From: a virus
Lineage: Duplodnaviria; Caudoviricetes
Strand: one strand, 5' to 3'
Length of the DNA: 25,496 bases
Virus record (IMG/VR): IMGVR_UViG_3300020190_003755
Location: 1-25,496 of that record
The position numbers and the translations under genes are program-made. The notes beneath the pieces are model-generated. The model saw only the letters and a program-made list of their open reading frames with translations, had not been told where the DNA came from and did not search any database. This document shows, in pieces, positions 25,495 through 25,496 of the stretch (within the stretch, counting starts at the first letter, position 1; the number at the start of each line of letters is the position of its first letter).

Positions 25495-25496
25495 CA

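Noticed and set aside
1-25496. Stop-codon reassignment or selenocysteine use
   Set aside because: The long ORFs are intact in the standard code. TAA, TAG and TGA all occur as real gene ends with tight packing, and the Cys-rich genes have no in-frame TGA.
1-25496. tRNA, rRNA, CRISPR array, intron/intein or transposase
   Set aside because: All intergenic gaps are under 60 nt, no repeat-spacer pattern is seen, and no such motifs appear in the proteins.

Overview
This window is part of the late/structural region of a large, AT-rich T4-like (myovirus-type) bacteriophage genome read in the standard code, with no RNA genes, CRISPR arrays or mobile elements seen. The + strand block (1-21560) holds: a 5'-truncated >1840-aa multidomain virion/fibre protein; two small virion-type proteins; three tandem paralogous ~320-aa Gly/Cys-rich proteins (30-32 Cys each, MCCCG motif); a probable fibre-assembly chaperone; two paralogous GT9 (heptosyltransferase-like) glycosyltransferases flanking a NodU/CmcH-type carbamoyltransferase; two more small structural genes; and a 2216-aa virion protein. 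A convergent - strand block (21529-25496) holds the 3' part of a gp15-like tail completion gene followed by a tightly coupled NUDIX-hldE-hldD-cupin operon for nucleotide-activated heptose. (A)TAAATA-type late promoters lie in most of the longer intergenic gaps. The most interesting reading, which is inference, is a phage-encoded virion decoration system: NDP-heptose supply, two atypical GT9 enzymes lacking the usual catalytic Asp, a carbamoyltransferase, and three extremely Cys-rich adhesin-like candidate substrates. Family assignments come from motif recognition by eye; no searches were run.
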